Part shown: in pieces, positions 21,376 to 32,974 of the stretch | Layout of the letters: each line of letters begins with the position of its first letter | How positions within the stretch are numbered: position 1 is the first letter of the stretch | Assembly: GCA_963751345.1 (NCBI GenBank) | Contig: CAVVUS010000033.1 | Coordinates: forward strand, 1-64,000 | DNA length: 64,000 bases | DNA from: an uncultured Chloroflexia bacterium | GTDB lineage: Bacteria; Chloroflexota; Anaerolineae; B4-G1; SLSP01 | Direction: 5' to 3' | Translations under genes and position numbers: made by a program | The notes under the pieces: generated by a model | Database searches by the model: none | Seen by the model: only the letters and a program-made list of their open reading frames with translations | What the model was told of the DNA's origin: nothing

Positions 21376-23336
21376 GTGGACGCTAAGCCACCGCAGACCC
21401 AGACGCCGCGGGTACCGTGGATCTGGCTGGTATTGTTGCTGGTCGTCATCATCTGGAACGCGTACCTGCTATTCAGTACAGGGGCGCCGAAAGCCAGCAT
21501 CCCCTACAGCACGTTCCTGGCACAGGTTTCGTCGGGTAACATCAAGCAGGTGACGATCCAGGGGGATGCGATCACCGGCACAACCAAGCAGTCCTTCCAG
21601 TGGCCGCAGTCAACGCCGACTGCCGTGCCCTCCACACCGACGGCCGGCTCGCCGCAGATTGGCGCCACGCAGATCCTGACCTATACGGCCTTTCAGACAA
21701 CCTTCCCCCAGGCCGTCGGGGATACCTCACTCTTGCCGCTGCTGGAGAAACAGAACGTCACCATCGATGTTTTGCCGACAAGCACGCCGTGGTTCTACTA
21801 CCTGCTGACCGATGGATTGCCCATTCTGGCTTTGCTCGCGGTCCTTTTCCTGCTGGGGCGCAGGGCTTCTCAGGATCAGGGCGGGCTTTTCAACTTCGGG
21901 CGGACCAAGGCACGGCGGAGCGTCGCCGGGGGAAGTCGCCCGCGCGTCACCTTCGAGGACGTAGCCGGCGAGGATGAGGCAAAGTCCGAACTACAGGAAG
22001 TGATCGACTTCCTGCGCCATCCCAGGAAATACCACGAACTTGGGGCGCGTATACCGAAGGGGGTCCTGCTGGTGGGGCCTCCGGGTACCGGCAAGACGCT
22101 ATTGGCGCGCGCGGTCGCCGGGGAGGCCGAGGTGCCGTTCTTTAACTTGAGTGCATCGGAGTTCGTGGAGATGTTCGTGGGCGTCGGCGCGAGCCGCGTG
22201 CGCGACCTCTTCGAGCAGGCGAAGAGCGCTGCGCCGGCGATCGTCTTCATTGACGAGCTGGATGCCGTCGGGCGCCGGCGCGGCGCAGGGGTGGGGACGG
22301 TCAACGACGAGCGCGAGCAGACACTGAACCAGTTGCTGGTGGAGATGGACGGCTTCGACGAGCGACACGAGGTCATCGTGATCGCAGCCACGAACCGCCC
22401 CGACGTGCTCGACCCGGCACTGCTGCGGCCGGGCCGCTTCGACCGTCAGGTGACGGTGGGCATGCCGGATCGCAAGGGGCGTGAGGGGATTCTGCGGTAT
22501 CCACACGCGCAACTTGCGGCTTGCCGACGACGTGGATCTCGACGTGCTGGCTCGCAGAACGCCGGGCCTGAATGGCGCCGACCTGGCGAACCTATGCAAC
22601 GAGGCCGCGCTGATCGCAGCTCGTGAGAACCACGAGGTCATTCACCTTGATGACTTCGAGCTGGCGTTGGACAAGGTGATGCTGGGACAGGTCCGGTCGG
22701 TGCTGCTGGATGAAAACGACCGCCGGACGGTAGCCTATCACGAGTCCGGGCACGCGATTGTCGCTTGGCTGACGCCGCTGGCTGATCCCGTACAGAAGGT
22801 GACGATCGTCCCGCGGGGGCAGGCGCTGGGCGTTACCGAGCAGTTGCCCGGCGAGGATCGCTACAACTACGCCCGCGATTACCTGGTGGCGCGGATCGAC
22901 GTGATGCTGGGCGGGCGGACCGCGGAGGAGTTGGCGCTTGGCACGTCGACGACGGGTGTGGAGAGCGACCTGGTCGCAGGCGACGCGGCTCGCCAGGCGG
23001 ATGATAACGCGCTGGGGTATGGGGTCGCTGGGCCTGGCGGCCTACCAGGCCGACGAAGAGCATCCGTTCCTGGGCTACGATATGGCGCAGGGGCGGGACT
23101 ATAGCGAGGCGACGGCGGCGCTCATCGATCAGAATGTGCAGAGCCTGCTGACCGAGCGCCACGAGGTGGTCCGGACGCTGCTGGAGGATGCGCACGATAA
23201 GCTCGATGCGTTGGCTACCGCGCTGTTGGCAGAGGAGAGCATCGGGCAGGCGACGCTGGAACGCGTCTTGGGGCCAAGGCCGGAGACGGAGACGGGGGCA
23301 GAGACCCCGGTCGTGATCGCTCCGGCGGCGGCCTAA
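21376..23336 (+). CDS. ftsH: ATP-dependent zinc metalloprotease FtsH (frameshifts near 22497 and 22980)
   Basis: Two TMs, [62 protein letters not shown]. Confidence 0.93.
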
Positions 23337-23353
23337 CGATGGGAGGCACCAAG

Positions 23354-24469
23354 ATGGCTGCGGATGGTAAGGATAGGGAGCTGGACTTCGGCATCGGATC
23401 CGATGTCTTCTGCAACGATGGACGTTGCGGGAAGCTTGTCAGAGTGGTCGTCGATCCTGACACCGACGAGGTCACGGACCTCGTCGTTGAGAAGGGGTTT
23501 CTCCAGAGGACCGACCGCGTCTTGCCGGTCTCGCTGGTGGCCTCGACCGGCGATGGAACGGTCGAACTCACGGTCGGAGTCGAGGAGCTGAGGGAATGTC
23601 CCGAGTTCCACGAGCACCATTTCACGACGCCCGTTGGGGGCTATCGCCACGAGACCGATTCGCAGACGGACATGCGCCTCTGGCCGGCGCCGTACGGGAC
23701 CGCCTCTGTGCCCGCGTCGGTGCCGGTGGTCGAACACCGCGTGGTGGAGGGTATCGACTCGGAGCTGGAGGTGATCGGCCGGGGAACGCCGGTGCTGACG
23801 CTCGAACAGAAGCGGGTGGGGGAGGTCGACCACGTGCTCGCCAGCGCGGAGACAGGGGATATGACCCACCTGGTTGTGCGCAGGGGGTTGTTGCCGGACT
23901 ATCGCATCGTGCCGGTCGATGGATCGACAGCGTGTCGGAGGACGGTATCTACCTCAAGCCCGGGATGGAGGACATGGACGAGCTTCCCCATTACCGGCCC
24001 CGGCACCGAAGGTAACGGAGGCGGAGCTGTTCTCGCGGCTTTCGGAGGAGGACTATGACTATGCCGGCCTGACCGCCAGCATGGAGTCGGGCATCCTGAC
24101 CTTGACGGGTGCGGTCGAGGATGGAAGGCAAAGCGCCGGGCCGAAGCCGCGGCACGGGCGACACCCGGCGTCGTGAACGTGGAGAACGCGCTCGACACCG
24201 ACACGGCGATCGGCTCGCGGGTGATTGCGGCGTTGGATGAGGATCCGCGCACCAAGCTTGCGGTGATCGGCGTGTCAAGCAGCCGGGGGCAGGTGAGGCT
24301 GTCCGGCAAGGTCGACACCGAGGCGATCAAGGAAGATGCGGGGGAGGTCGCAGCGGGACAGAAGGGCGTGCTCAGCGTGACCAACGCGCTGGTCGTGGCG
24401 CCCGACGAGGACACGCCGGTGCTGAACCCCTTCCCGCCGGGTGTCCACGGTTCGGACGCGTATCGTTAG
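23354..24469 (+). CDS. PRC-barrel plus BON domain protein (frameshifted)
   Basis: Two PRC barrels (GKLVRVVVDPDTDEVTDLVVEKG; VGEVDHVL..MTHLVVRRG) followed by two BON-like domains (GILTLTGAV..GVVNVENAL; GQVRLSGKV..GVLSVTNAL). Confidence 0.72.
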
Positions 24470-25410
24470 TGGGTGGATGACGGGCTGAGATGCCAGTCTC
24501 GGCCCGCGTTCAATTGAGTAGGACGGCTCGCCCGAGCCGTCCTACTGCTGTCGGAAACCTTAGAGGCTGTGTCGCGTCGAGGCTCTGCCGCCGGGAAGGT
24601 CGGAAAGGTCAGGGGACGCAGGCTGCCGGACGACGATGAGTGCCAGTCGAGCGTCGGGTTGCCGGCGTAGCGCACACTGCCGCTGCTGCTCAACTGGGCG
24701 GACAGGCTCTCCTCGACCCAGACGGTGGCCGAGCCGCTGCTGCTCAGGCGCAGCGTCGCCGTGTTGGTCTTGACCTCGCGGGCATTGTAGTCGCCCGAGC
24801 TGCTCAGTCGCACGTCCTGGCTGTCAAACGCGCCGCCGCCGATCGTCAAGCTCCCGCTGCTGCTGATGGCCACGTCGAGCGTCGCGCCGGTGGCACCGGC
24901 GATCCTGGCATTGCCCGAGCTCGACAGCCGCACGGTCAGATCTTGGCACGAGAGGTTGCCCATGGTGAAACCGCCGGAGCTGGAGACGCGGACGGTGAAG
25001 TGGTTGGCATCCAGGTCACCGGCCTCGGCGTCGCCGCTGGATGAGAGGCTCACCTCGCTGAGATCGACGACGGTCAGGTAGTAGTCGACGGGCCGCGTCG
25101 TGTGGAGGTTGGTGTTCGGCTGCGTATCGATCGTGAGTCTCCCCCCGGTGACGTCGGTTCGGATCACGGGCAGGATGTTGTCCTCAGCGCTGATGCGCAG
25201 GGCGGTCTCGTTTCCCACCTCGATGTGCAGCGTGCCGATGGTTGCCAGTGAGACCGCCGTGATCTCGCCGACGTTGCGCGATTCCTCGACCATCTTGCCT
25301 GATCCCCGCACGATGGATCCCTGCAGAGGCCCGATAGCGGGCAGCCGGCAGGCCAGCGTCACCGCCAGCACCGCCGCGATTGTGAGATAGACGATTGCTC
25401 TCTGAATCAT
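24466..25410 (-). CDS. DUF2807 (GIN domain) lipoprotein; true stop probably near 24610
   Basis: Lipobox TLAC, VRGSGKMVEESR, ISAEDNILP, repeated (L/V)SSSG beta-helix turns, YAGNP; the extended tail reads through an intergenic hairpin. Confidence 0.82.
   Translation of the reverse strand: MIQRAIVYLTIAAVLAVTLACRLPAIGPLQGSIVRGSGKMVEESRNVGEITAVSLATIGTLHIEVGNETALRISAEDNILPVIRTDVTGGRLTIDTQPNTNLHTTRPVDYYLTVVDLSEVSLSSSGDAEAGDLDANHFTVRVSSSGGFTMGNLSCQDLTVRLSSSGNARIAGATGATLDVAISSSGSLTIGGGAFDSQDVRLSSSGDYNAREVKTNTATLRLSSSGSATVWVEESLSAQLSSSGSVRYAGNPTLDWHSSSSGSLRPLTFPTFPAAEPRRDTASKVSDSSRTARASRPTQLNAGRDWHLSPSSTH
24518..24545. repeat. GTAG-flanked palindrome between convergent genes
   Basis: gtaggacggctcg-cc-cgagccgtcctac. 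Confidence 0.7.
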
Positions 25411-25449
25411 TGTGGTCCTCCTGTATCTGATGAAGCCAGTGTAACCTTC

Positions 25450-25475
25450 TACGAGCGGGCGGCGCAAAAGTTGCC
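25450..25475 (-). promoter_or_regulatory. Candidate ECF-sigma promoter for the DUF2807 gene
   Basis: GGCAAC-N16-CGTA on the minus strand, matching the AAC-N16-CGT(A) ECF pattern, ~40 nt upstream of the start. Confidence 0.45.
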
Positions 25476-25583
25476 GGCCCGGACCCGCCTCTTGCTCCGC
25501 CTCCGGTCCGTGGTAGGCTGTGGGCCTGCTGAGCGAGTCGCTCTACTGCTTCGTGACGCTATGTCTCTTACCCAAGGACTCCT

Positions 25584-26885
25584 ATGAATTACGCCGGTAG
25601 TCTCCGCCGCATGCACCGCGGGGCACGGGCGGTCTTTGCGGCGTCCATCGCGCAGGGCGTCACGTGGGCCGGCCTGTCGGATGCCGTGTTGAGCCTCTAC
25701 CTCGTCCGCATGGGCTTCGGCCCCGACTTCGTCGGCTCATCCGCTGCTGCGGCCAACCTGGGCTCGGCCATGGGCGCCATGCCTGCCGCGGCACTGAGCC
25801 GAAGGCTGGGTCCACGCAGGGCGATGTTGCTGGGCACGATCATGTGGGCGGCCGGATTTGCCGCCCTCTCGTTGGCCGACCTGGTCGCCGACCCGCTGCG
25901 CGCCCCCTGGGTGCTGGCTACGCGCGTGGTTGCGTCGTTGGGCCTGGTGCTTTTCATGGTGACAGCCAGCCCTACCTGGCGGAGGTGACGACGTCCGACG
26001 AGCGCCCGCACGCCTTCGCCATGGTGATCGCGCTGCGACCGCTGGGCGCGGTGTTGGGTGGCGCCATCGGCGGCATCCTGCCGGTGTGGTTCGCCCGACT
26101 CGGCGGTGCCTTCGGATCTTCGTTGGCCGATCCCCGCCCGTACGGCTTGACGCTGGCCGTTGGTGTGCTCGTCTACATCCCGGTTTTCTGGGCCCTGGCC
26201 ACGCTGCCGCGTGACGCTCCGGATCCGGTCCCGATCCACGGTGTCAGTGCCGCCGTGGATCGGTCGGACTCCAGCCACCGGCCTGGAACCGCCTTGCCGC
26301 GAGGATGCGCCCGGCGCCGTGGGGCGTGCTGATCGCGATTGCCGCGGTCTGTGCGCTGCGGGTGGGGGGAGAGTTCACGGCGCGTGCCTTCTTCAGCGTC
26401 TATCTGGACGCTACCTGGGCCGTGCCCGTTGCACAGATCGGGGGCGCGATCGGGCTCTCAAGCCTGTTGACAATCCCGGCTCCCCTGGTCACGCCGGGGC
26501 TGGTGAAACGCTGGGGGCGCGCCGCGACCGTTGCCGTGAGCGCCGCGGCGGTAGCGGCCAGCATCCTGCTCCTGGCCATAGGCGGCAACTGGCTGGTGGC
26601 GTCGGCGGCTTTCATCGGGCTGAGCGTCTTTGGGGCGATGGCGCGGTCGGTGTGAGCCTCGTGATCCAGGAGTCCGTCTCCGAGGGCTGGCGCCAGGCTT
26701 CAGCCGGCGTGGCGAACCTCTTCAGCGGGCTGGGGACGATGGCGATGTCGTCTGCCGGTGGCGTACTGGCGGCGACCGTCGGCTACCGCGCGACCTTTCT
26801 CACCAGCGCGGCGATGGTGGGACTCGGTGCCCTGACGGTGTGGTTCGCGTTCCGTGGGCGGGGCGTGGATGGAAGAGACGACTGA
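25584..26885 (+). CDS. MFS transporter (frameshifted)
   Basis: LSLYLVRMGF, LSRRLGPRRAM motif-A-like, ERPHAF, LVKRWGR, GYRATF; about 12 hydrophobic segments across four ORF pieces. Confidence 0.8.
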
Positions 26886-27160
26886 CCCCCAAATCGGCGC
26901 CTGCAGGCTTGTCTTTTTTCTTAAATAGACATTATAATAATAGCGAAAATTGCAACTATTGAGGTTGCTGTTGTGGATCCGGAAGGCCGGGCGCGGTCAC
27001 GAATCTGGTAGATGGTCTCAGCGCCGCTCGCCGCAACGTTTGGTGACCGAAATCCTGTGGCGGGAGAGGTCAGCGGGGCGCGCCAGCGCGAGCACATCCG
27101 GTCTCGAATCTACCTTTCGGCCAAGCTTAGCTTGGCGCAATAACTGAAGGGAGGTGTACC

Positions 27161-27481
27161 ATGCGTATGTTGATGATTGTTACACTACCGGTCGAACAGA
27201 CCAACAAGGCGATGGTTGAGGGCTCCTTTGTTAAGACGGTCACATCCATCTTGGAGGAGCAGAAGCCGGAAGCCGCCTACTTCACCGAAATGAACGGGCA
27301 GAGAACGGCCATGGTCTATGTGGACCTCAAAGACGTCTCGGAAATCGTGAAGTTCGCCGAGCCCTGGTGGCATGCTTTTGGCGGCAGCCTTGAGTGGCAT
27401 CCCGCTATGACGCCTGAGGATCTGGCGAAGGGCGGGCCGTTCCTGGAGGCGGCTGTCAAGAAGTACGGTCGCCGGGGGTAA
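27161..27481 (+). CDS. Small conserved hypothetical protein (probable dimeric alpha-beta barrel)
   Basis: Strong GGAGGTG RBS; KPEAAYF..NGQRTA..EPWW...HPAMTPEDL. Confidence 0.7.
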   Translation: MRMLMIVTLPVEQTNKAMVEGSFVKTVTSILEEQKPEAAYFTEMNGQRTAMVYVDLKDVSEIVKFAEPWWHAFGGSLEWHPAMTPEDLAKGGPFLEAAVKKYGRRG

Positions 27482-27622
27482 CCCAGGTCCGGCGACGAGG
27501 GGATCAACGCAGGGACCGCAGGTCCCTGCGTGTGCTTTTCCCCCAAGCCCGGGTGCCACCGGGTAGGGCAGTCGTCCCGGCCTTTCGGGAAGCTGCCTAG
27601 GGCAAGATCAGTGTCTTGACCT

Positions 27623-27768
27623 CGTTCCAGGCGGATCTGTGATCCGCCGGCTCTTCGTGTAGACGGCGGATCACAGATCCGCCTGGAACGTATGCCTTGC
27701 GAACCTCTCCTGCACCACCTGGTGCAGGGCATGGTGCCTGGGATGGCGTAGCGCCATCCCAGGCACTT
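27623..27768. repeat. Cluster of long palindromes
   Basis: Perfect 27-bp arms 27623-27649 / 27664-27690; gtgcctgggatggcg-tag-cgccatcccaggcac ~27734-27766. Confidence 0.75.
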
Positions 27769-27797
27769 GCGTTGACGGCTGCGAGGCTACAGCGTTC

Positions 27798-28090
27798 TCA
27801 CGGTGCCGGGATCGTCACGGTGATCATGAGTTCGCGGTCGCCGAGCCTACCGAGCACAGGTCGAGCAGGTAGTCCTGCGTCAGCAGTGGCACGCCGGTGA
27901 AACCGGTGGCGCCCGAGTAATGGCTCACGAGGACGCTGCCGTCGGCACCGTAGACGATCGGGACCACCTGGCGCAGATCGGGCGCGCCCTGGCGTTCGCG
28001 AGCCTGGTGAGTATCCCGGCGTCATTCGGGATTTCGGCGCGGTCCGCTATGTCACGCGGGAACCCGGGCGAATGCGTACGTATGAAGGGC
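27798..28090 (-). pseudogene. Decayed copy of the 3' end of the 40213-41766 lipoprotein gene
   Basis: 27798-27970 aligns by eye to 40213-40390 (same VYGADGSVL..GATGFTGV...LDL...VTIPAP-stop) with indels; no start or signal peptide. Confidence 0.75.
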
Positions 28091-28105
28091 TGCTCCGCTG
28101 CCACC

Positions 28106-28580
28106 CTAGGGATCGAAGTGAACGTCACCCTCGTACCAACAGTCGGGGCCCTCCGCGCCGAACCCGGGACCTCCCCAGGTTCCGCCGCCGTGAGCATTTG
28201 CCAGGTCACCGGTGCCGCTGAGAATCACCCACGTGCCGGCCCAGTCGCTATCCGCAGGCTTCTTGCCGATCAACTGCAGGACTAGCGTGCCCTCCCTGTC
28301 GTTCACCGTGCCTGTGAACTCACAGCGAAGCTGGACCGTCCAGAAGTCCTTGAACATGCCCACCGTGAACACCAGTCGCCCTCGCCGGCCATGTCTCCCT
28401 GCCAGATCTCGTGCTCCGTTGCTTCCATGAACGTGTTGGGGCCGGCCTCTCTCATACCGTTACGGCAAAGGTGTATTCGAGCGTGCCATCAACGTGCGTA
28501 GACCCCTTGGCATATACCGCCGTCGATGCCAACGGTAGCAGTGCGCACACTATGAGCAGCGTCAGTAGTTGCCTTTTCAT
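28106..28580 (-). CDS. Small secreted beta-barrel protein (DUF3224/AOC-like), frameshifted
   Basis: Signal peptide MKRQLLTLLIVCALLPLASTAVYA; GTWVILSGTGDLANAHGGG motif. Confidence 0.6.
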
Positions 28581-28729
28581 CCTGTCATCCCCTTTCATCA
28601 GCAAAGCTGAGTTGTGCCCCCCTTGGGGCTGTTGGATTCGGCCATCTGTCATCGGGTCCCGATCGTTCATTCGTTTGCCTGCTGTCGGCAGCACCTCCGT
28701 TCTCTATGCCTGCAAACCGGCCCACCAGA

Positions 28730-31134
28730 CTACTCCCTGACGACGATGGGCAAGAAGACGTACCGGGTCGAGCTGAGTCGGAGGATGAGCGGATAGTCCT
28801 TGACGAGCAGATCCCGGATAACCAGGTTCCCGCCCACGGTGGCGGTCACGATCTGCTGCTGATAGCTGTACAGGGCGTCGATCGCCGTCACCTTGCGATC
28901 TACGATGCCTGGGAGCACAAGGGTGGTCGTGATTCCGCGGTCGTCATCGGTCGCCACGCCGTCGGTCCACAGGGCGACGAGGCGATCCTCGCCTGAGAGC
29001 GCGAAGGTGTAGCTGACGACATTCGTCACGGTTGTTTGGGCCTGGACCGGAAACGACGCCGCCCGCGCACCCGCGAAGACCGTCGCCAGGTTGCTGGCCA
29101 TGGCGCTGTTCTCCCGACGCCTGCCGCTGACGCCCCCGATGTGCACCGCCACATCCCTGCCCAGGTGCATAATGATGCCTCGGCCCAGGTACTTCGCGGC
29201 AGCGGTATTGGTCTGCATATGTGCCGCGGCACCGCAGTCGCCGCTGTCCGGGCTGCACCAGCCGATCTCATCGCCTCGGAACTCTCCCTGGAAACCGTGG
29301 GCAGTTGCCGTTGCCATGATGAGCTGCAGGATCCCCGGATAGGCGTAGTAATAGTCGCGCTCGTCCTCGTAGTCAGGCGACGTCCCGTACAATGGGTGCC
29401 AGGACACCCCGTCTACCAGGGGCATGACATCCGACTGGACCAACTGGGCCAGGTAGTATTGCCCATACGGCTCGCGCAGGATCACCCCTCCGATCACGAT
29501 CCTCGCCTCAGGAAACTCATCCCGGATCACCGGCACCACACGGTGCACCAGCGCCACGTAGTCCAGGGGCCTGATATGCTGGATAGGACTCCCGGCGTCG
29601 GGCTCGTTCCAGAGCTCATAATAGGCTACGCGGTCCTTGAAGTGCCCCACGATGAACCGCACATACGTCAGGTAGCGCTGGATCTCCTCCTCGGTGGTGA
29701 AGCGTGACTCCAGCCCGGACCATCCTTCGGGGTGGTTGGCCTTGTCCCAGAAGGTCAGGATGTAAGTGATCGTGATGCCGCTGTCTGCCAGGCCGGTCAC
29801 GAAGGCATCCTGTTCGGTCGAGATGCTGAGTTCCGGGCGAGTCCAGTCGATCGATGGCCAGTCTTCCACTTCGTTGAAGGAGAAGCGCACCATCTTAAGC
29901 CCCTTGACCCCCTGTGGATTGCACGCGAAATCGCCGTCCATCTCGGGGCTCGCCAGGTAGCCCCAGAAGGTGCCCAGGTGATTGTCCAACAGCGCCGACG
30001 AGCACTGGGCCCGAAACGGTGAGATCGGCAGGCTGTTTCCCCTCTGTACAACCAGGGCTCTGGACGAGATCGATGTCGGTACCGAGAATTCGCTGGTATT
30101 GCCGCCGGGGTCGGTAGCTGTCGCTGTCACGTTTGGGCCGGTGAAAGCCGAGCCCTTGGCGAAGGAGAAGACCCCCGTGCCATCGGCCACGGTCGAGCCT
30201 TCATAGACCGCTCCCTCGTCGTCATCGTCAGAGGTGATCTCGACCGTGCAGTTGGGGCAGGTGATACCCATCAGCGTTCCGGCGTGCAGGTCGAAGTCCA
30301 GGACCAGGGGCTCGGCCAACTCGGCGTTGCCGCCGTCCCACAGCCCAATGCCCCTGGCACCATTGTCGTGGAGGCTGTTCCGGGTCAGGGTGTTGTGCAG
30401 TGTATCGGGGTCCTGCACGACGATGCCATATCCACCGTTGTGGGCGATGACGTTGTCGGGACCGATAGTATTGTTGTGTGCACCCCCGGAGATCCAAACT
30501 CCGGTCTGATCGCCCAACGCTGCCGTACCCGTGGCGTCGGTGCCGATCAGGTTGCCCGTGACGACATTGAGCGAAGTGCCGCTCGTCGACAGATCGACAC
30601 CGACGCCGCTATGGGTAAAGAGGTTGCCCTCTCCAAGGGGGCCGGCGCCGACGTCGCGGTCGCCGCCGATCACGTTGGTCCGGGCCTCGCCGCTTATCGC
30701 AATCCCCGGTCCCGAGAAGTTGGCGAAGTGTATGCCGCGAATTACGTTGTCCTCGGAGCCCACGATCTGTATCCCGGCTTCCCAGTCGCCGACTAGTGCG
30801 TGCCGTCGATGACCACGCCGGCGCTGCTCGCGTCGAGGGTCATGTGGCTCACGTGGATGTGGGGTAGGGCGCTGGTCAACGTGATGGTCACCGGCGCGCC
30901 GGGGAGGAAGACGGCTGGGTCGAACGTGATGGTGTCGCCGTCCTGCACGTCGAGCAACGCTTGGCGCAGCGTGCCGGGGCCGCTGTCGGCGGCGCTGGTG
31001 ACGGTGAGGACCGTCGTTGGTGTCGCCAGCACCTGCGGCGCCTGGAGCGCGACCAGCGCTGCCAGGACGATCCAGCGGGCCGCGAATTGGACGACATTCC
31101 GCCTACGCTTGCTCCGTGACCGGGGTGCCTTCAT
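28730..31134 (-). CDS. Secreted parallel beta-helix plus clan GH-A (GH39/GH5-like) glycoside hydrolase with FLPIVVR tail (frameshift near 30795)
   Basis: Signal peptide; VTSAADSGPGTLRQAL, GNLIGTDATG, NVIAHNGGYGI, TATATDPGGNTSEFS; YELWNEPD acid/base, VSWHP, GDEIGW nucleophile; ATGA overlap with upstream gene. Confidence 0.8.
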
Positions 31135-32893
31135 CGCGTGCCTAGCACGGGGCGGACGGTGACTTCGGCCTGCCTCCGGGCCCACCGATGCCGTGCGTCC
31201 CATCCAAGAACAAGACCGACCAGTAGCGTGCCCACGCCGAAGGCCCACCTGCCACTCTCGACGGGCGCACCTGCGCGCTGCGGCGCATAGCCACCGGCAG
31301 CTGCGGTCGATTCTAGGGCTGTCAACCGGGTCTCCAGGTCGCTGAGCTGCCGGCTGAGGGTCTCAATCTGCGCCTGCTGGTCGAGGTCGCGCGTGGTGAG
31401 CTCCTGGACTGCCGCAAGCGCGACGCCGTTGGCGTCCAGGGCCGCGATGTGCCGGTCGTCCTCTCCCAGACCGAAGGCGGCATAGAAGTCCTGCGCCGTC
31501 GGGCCCATGTGGACGATGGCTGCATCCTGTGCGCTGTAGTTCCAGGTGGTGATGGGTACCCCGGCAAGCCGAGCGAGCACGTCCTGCCCATCCACGGGGA
31601 CGAAGTTCTCCTTCAACGCGCGGTCGGATGTATCGGTCCAAGCGCCGCCGGTGGAGAGATAGCCGCCCGTGGACGTATTTATGAAGCGGCCTGTTGGGAT
31701 CGTGGGCGATCCAGATGCGCCGAACCAGATGCCGCCCCCGGCTTTGACGCTGAAGGTATTGGTGGCTGGCGAGGTGGTCTGGCTGCTGAAACTGTCGGCC
31801 CACACGAACGCGCCCTCGTGGACCGCGTTCGCACCCCTCCCGCCGCGTAACTATAGTCGCCACTGGCAAAGTTATTCGTGCCCCCTGGTACGGTGGCCGC
31901 ATAGCCACCGGCGTTGTTCATATACCCCCCGCCGACACTTGAATCCGTTCCGGTAGCGCTGTTGTTGTTACCGCCACTCACAGTACCTGTATTGCCGGCT
32001 CGGTTGCCGACGCCTCCGCCGATCGTTGCTTCTAGGCCATCGGCAAGGTTACTGAGCCCTCCGCCCACGACGGACCACTCGCCGCTCGCCGTGTTCCGGC
32101 GCCCGCCGCCGACCGTACCACCGTCCGCCGTCACCTGGTTGGGAGATAGCATAGATCCGCCACCACTGATGGTGGCGCCTGCCGCGTCCGGGGCTACAGA
32201 GTTCGCAGCGTGGCCCCCGATCAGGTTCGGGCTGGTGGCGTTGGGCTCGAGGCGCAAGGCCGCGGTGCCGCTCACCGCCAGCGTCAGCGAGACGCCGTCC
32301 GTCGTGCCGAGGATGTGGGTGCCCGCGACCGTGCCGGCGTTGCCCGTGAGCGACCATGCGTCGCCTGACGCGGCAACTGCCGGGGTCCAGGCAGTGCCGT
32401 CCCACGTCAGAACCTGGCCGGCCACAGGTGGCGTCTCCGCCACCGGATACCCGCGGAGCGCGCCAGCCGTCTGGGCATAGAGGGCATAGGGGGTGGCCGT
32501 GAGTCGCTGGCGCCCCATATCGGTGAAGGTAGCGTCGGTCGAGCATCTGACGCGGACGCCAAGCCAGCGCGCGTCACCGTTGAAGACCTGGGCGCCGAAG
32601 TTGAGGTTGGCAAGGAACAGGCCGGCGGTGACGGGGACCGTGGTGGTGATGGCAATACTTACCTGGCTGCCCGCCGTGGCGTCATCGTAGAGGCGGAAGG
32701 CCATTCTGCAGTCGTCGGTGATCGGCTCGCCGTCGGATGCCAAGTGGCCCTGGTAGGTGAAGCCCGATCCTAAGTTCGCCAGCGGTGCGGCGAACCCTGA
32801 CGCCGTCGGTCCCTGCGCGTAGCTGAGGAGCATCGCGGGAACCAGCAAGCATATCAATGCGACTCTCCTCGTAGCTCGTGATGGTGTCACCAT
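31131..32893 (-). CDS. Secreted tail-fibre-like protein with Peptidase S74 autocleaving chaperone domain (frameshift near 31835)
   Basis: Signal peptide; FTYQGHL...FRLYD...ARWLGVRV..RQRLTATPYALYA N-domain; (T/V)xGGGxxNxA repeats; TSDRALKENF, HMGPTAQDFYAAFGLG, GVALAAVQEL coiled coil; C-terminal hydrophobic helix. Confidence 0.85.
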
Positions 32894-32974
32894 GGACTCC
32901 CTCCTGTCAGGTGTTGTGGGCGGAGGCCGAGAGAGACGTCCCATAGGTGTCTCTCTCTAGCGCACCGTTCCGGC

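Noticed and set aside
26640-26665. In-frame TGA in the MFS gene as selenocysteine or readthrough
   Set aside because: The continuation is in a different frame; a missing G (TGG, Trp) restores the gene
31131-32893. Prophage tail gene
   Set aside because: It has a signal peptide, and there are no capsid, terminase, portal or integrase genes nearby
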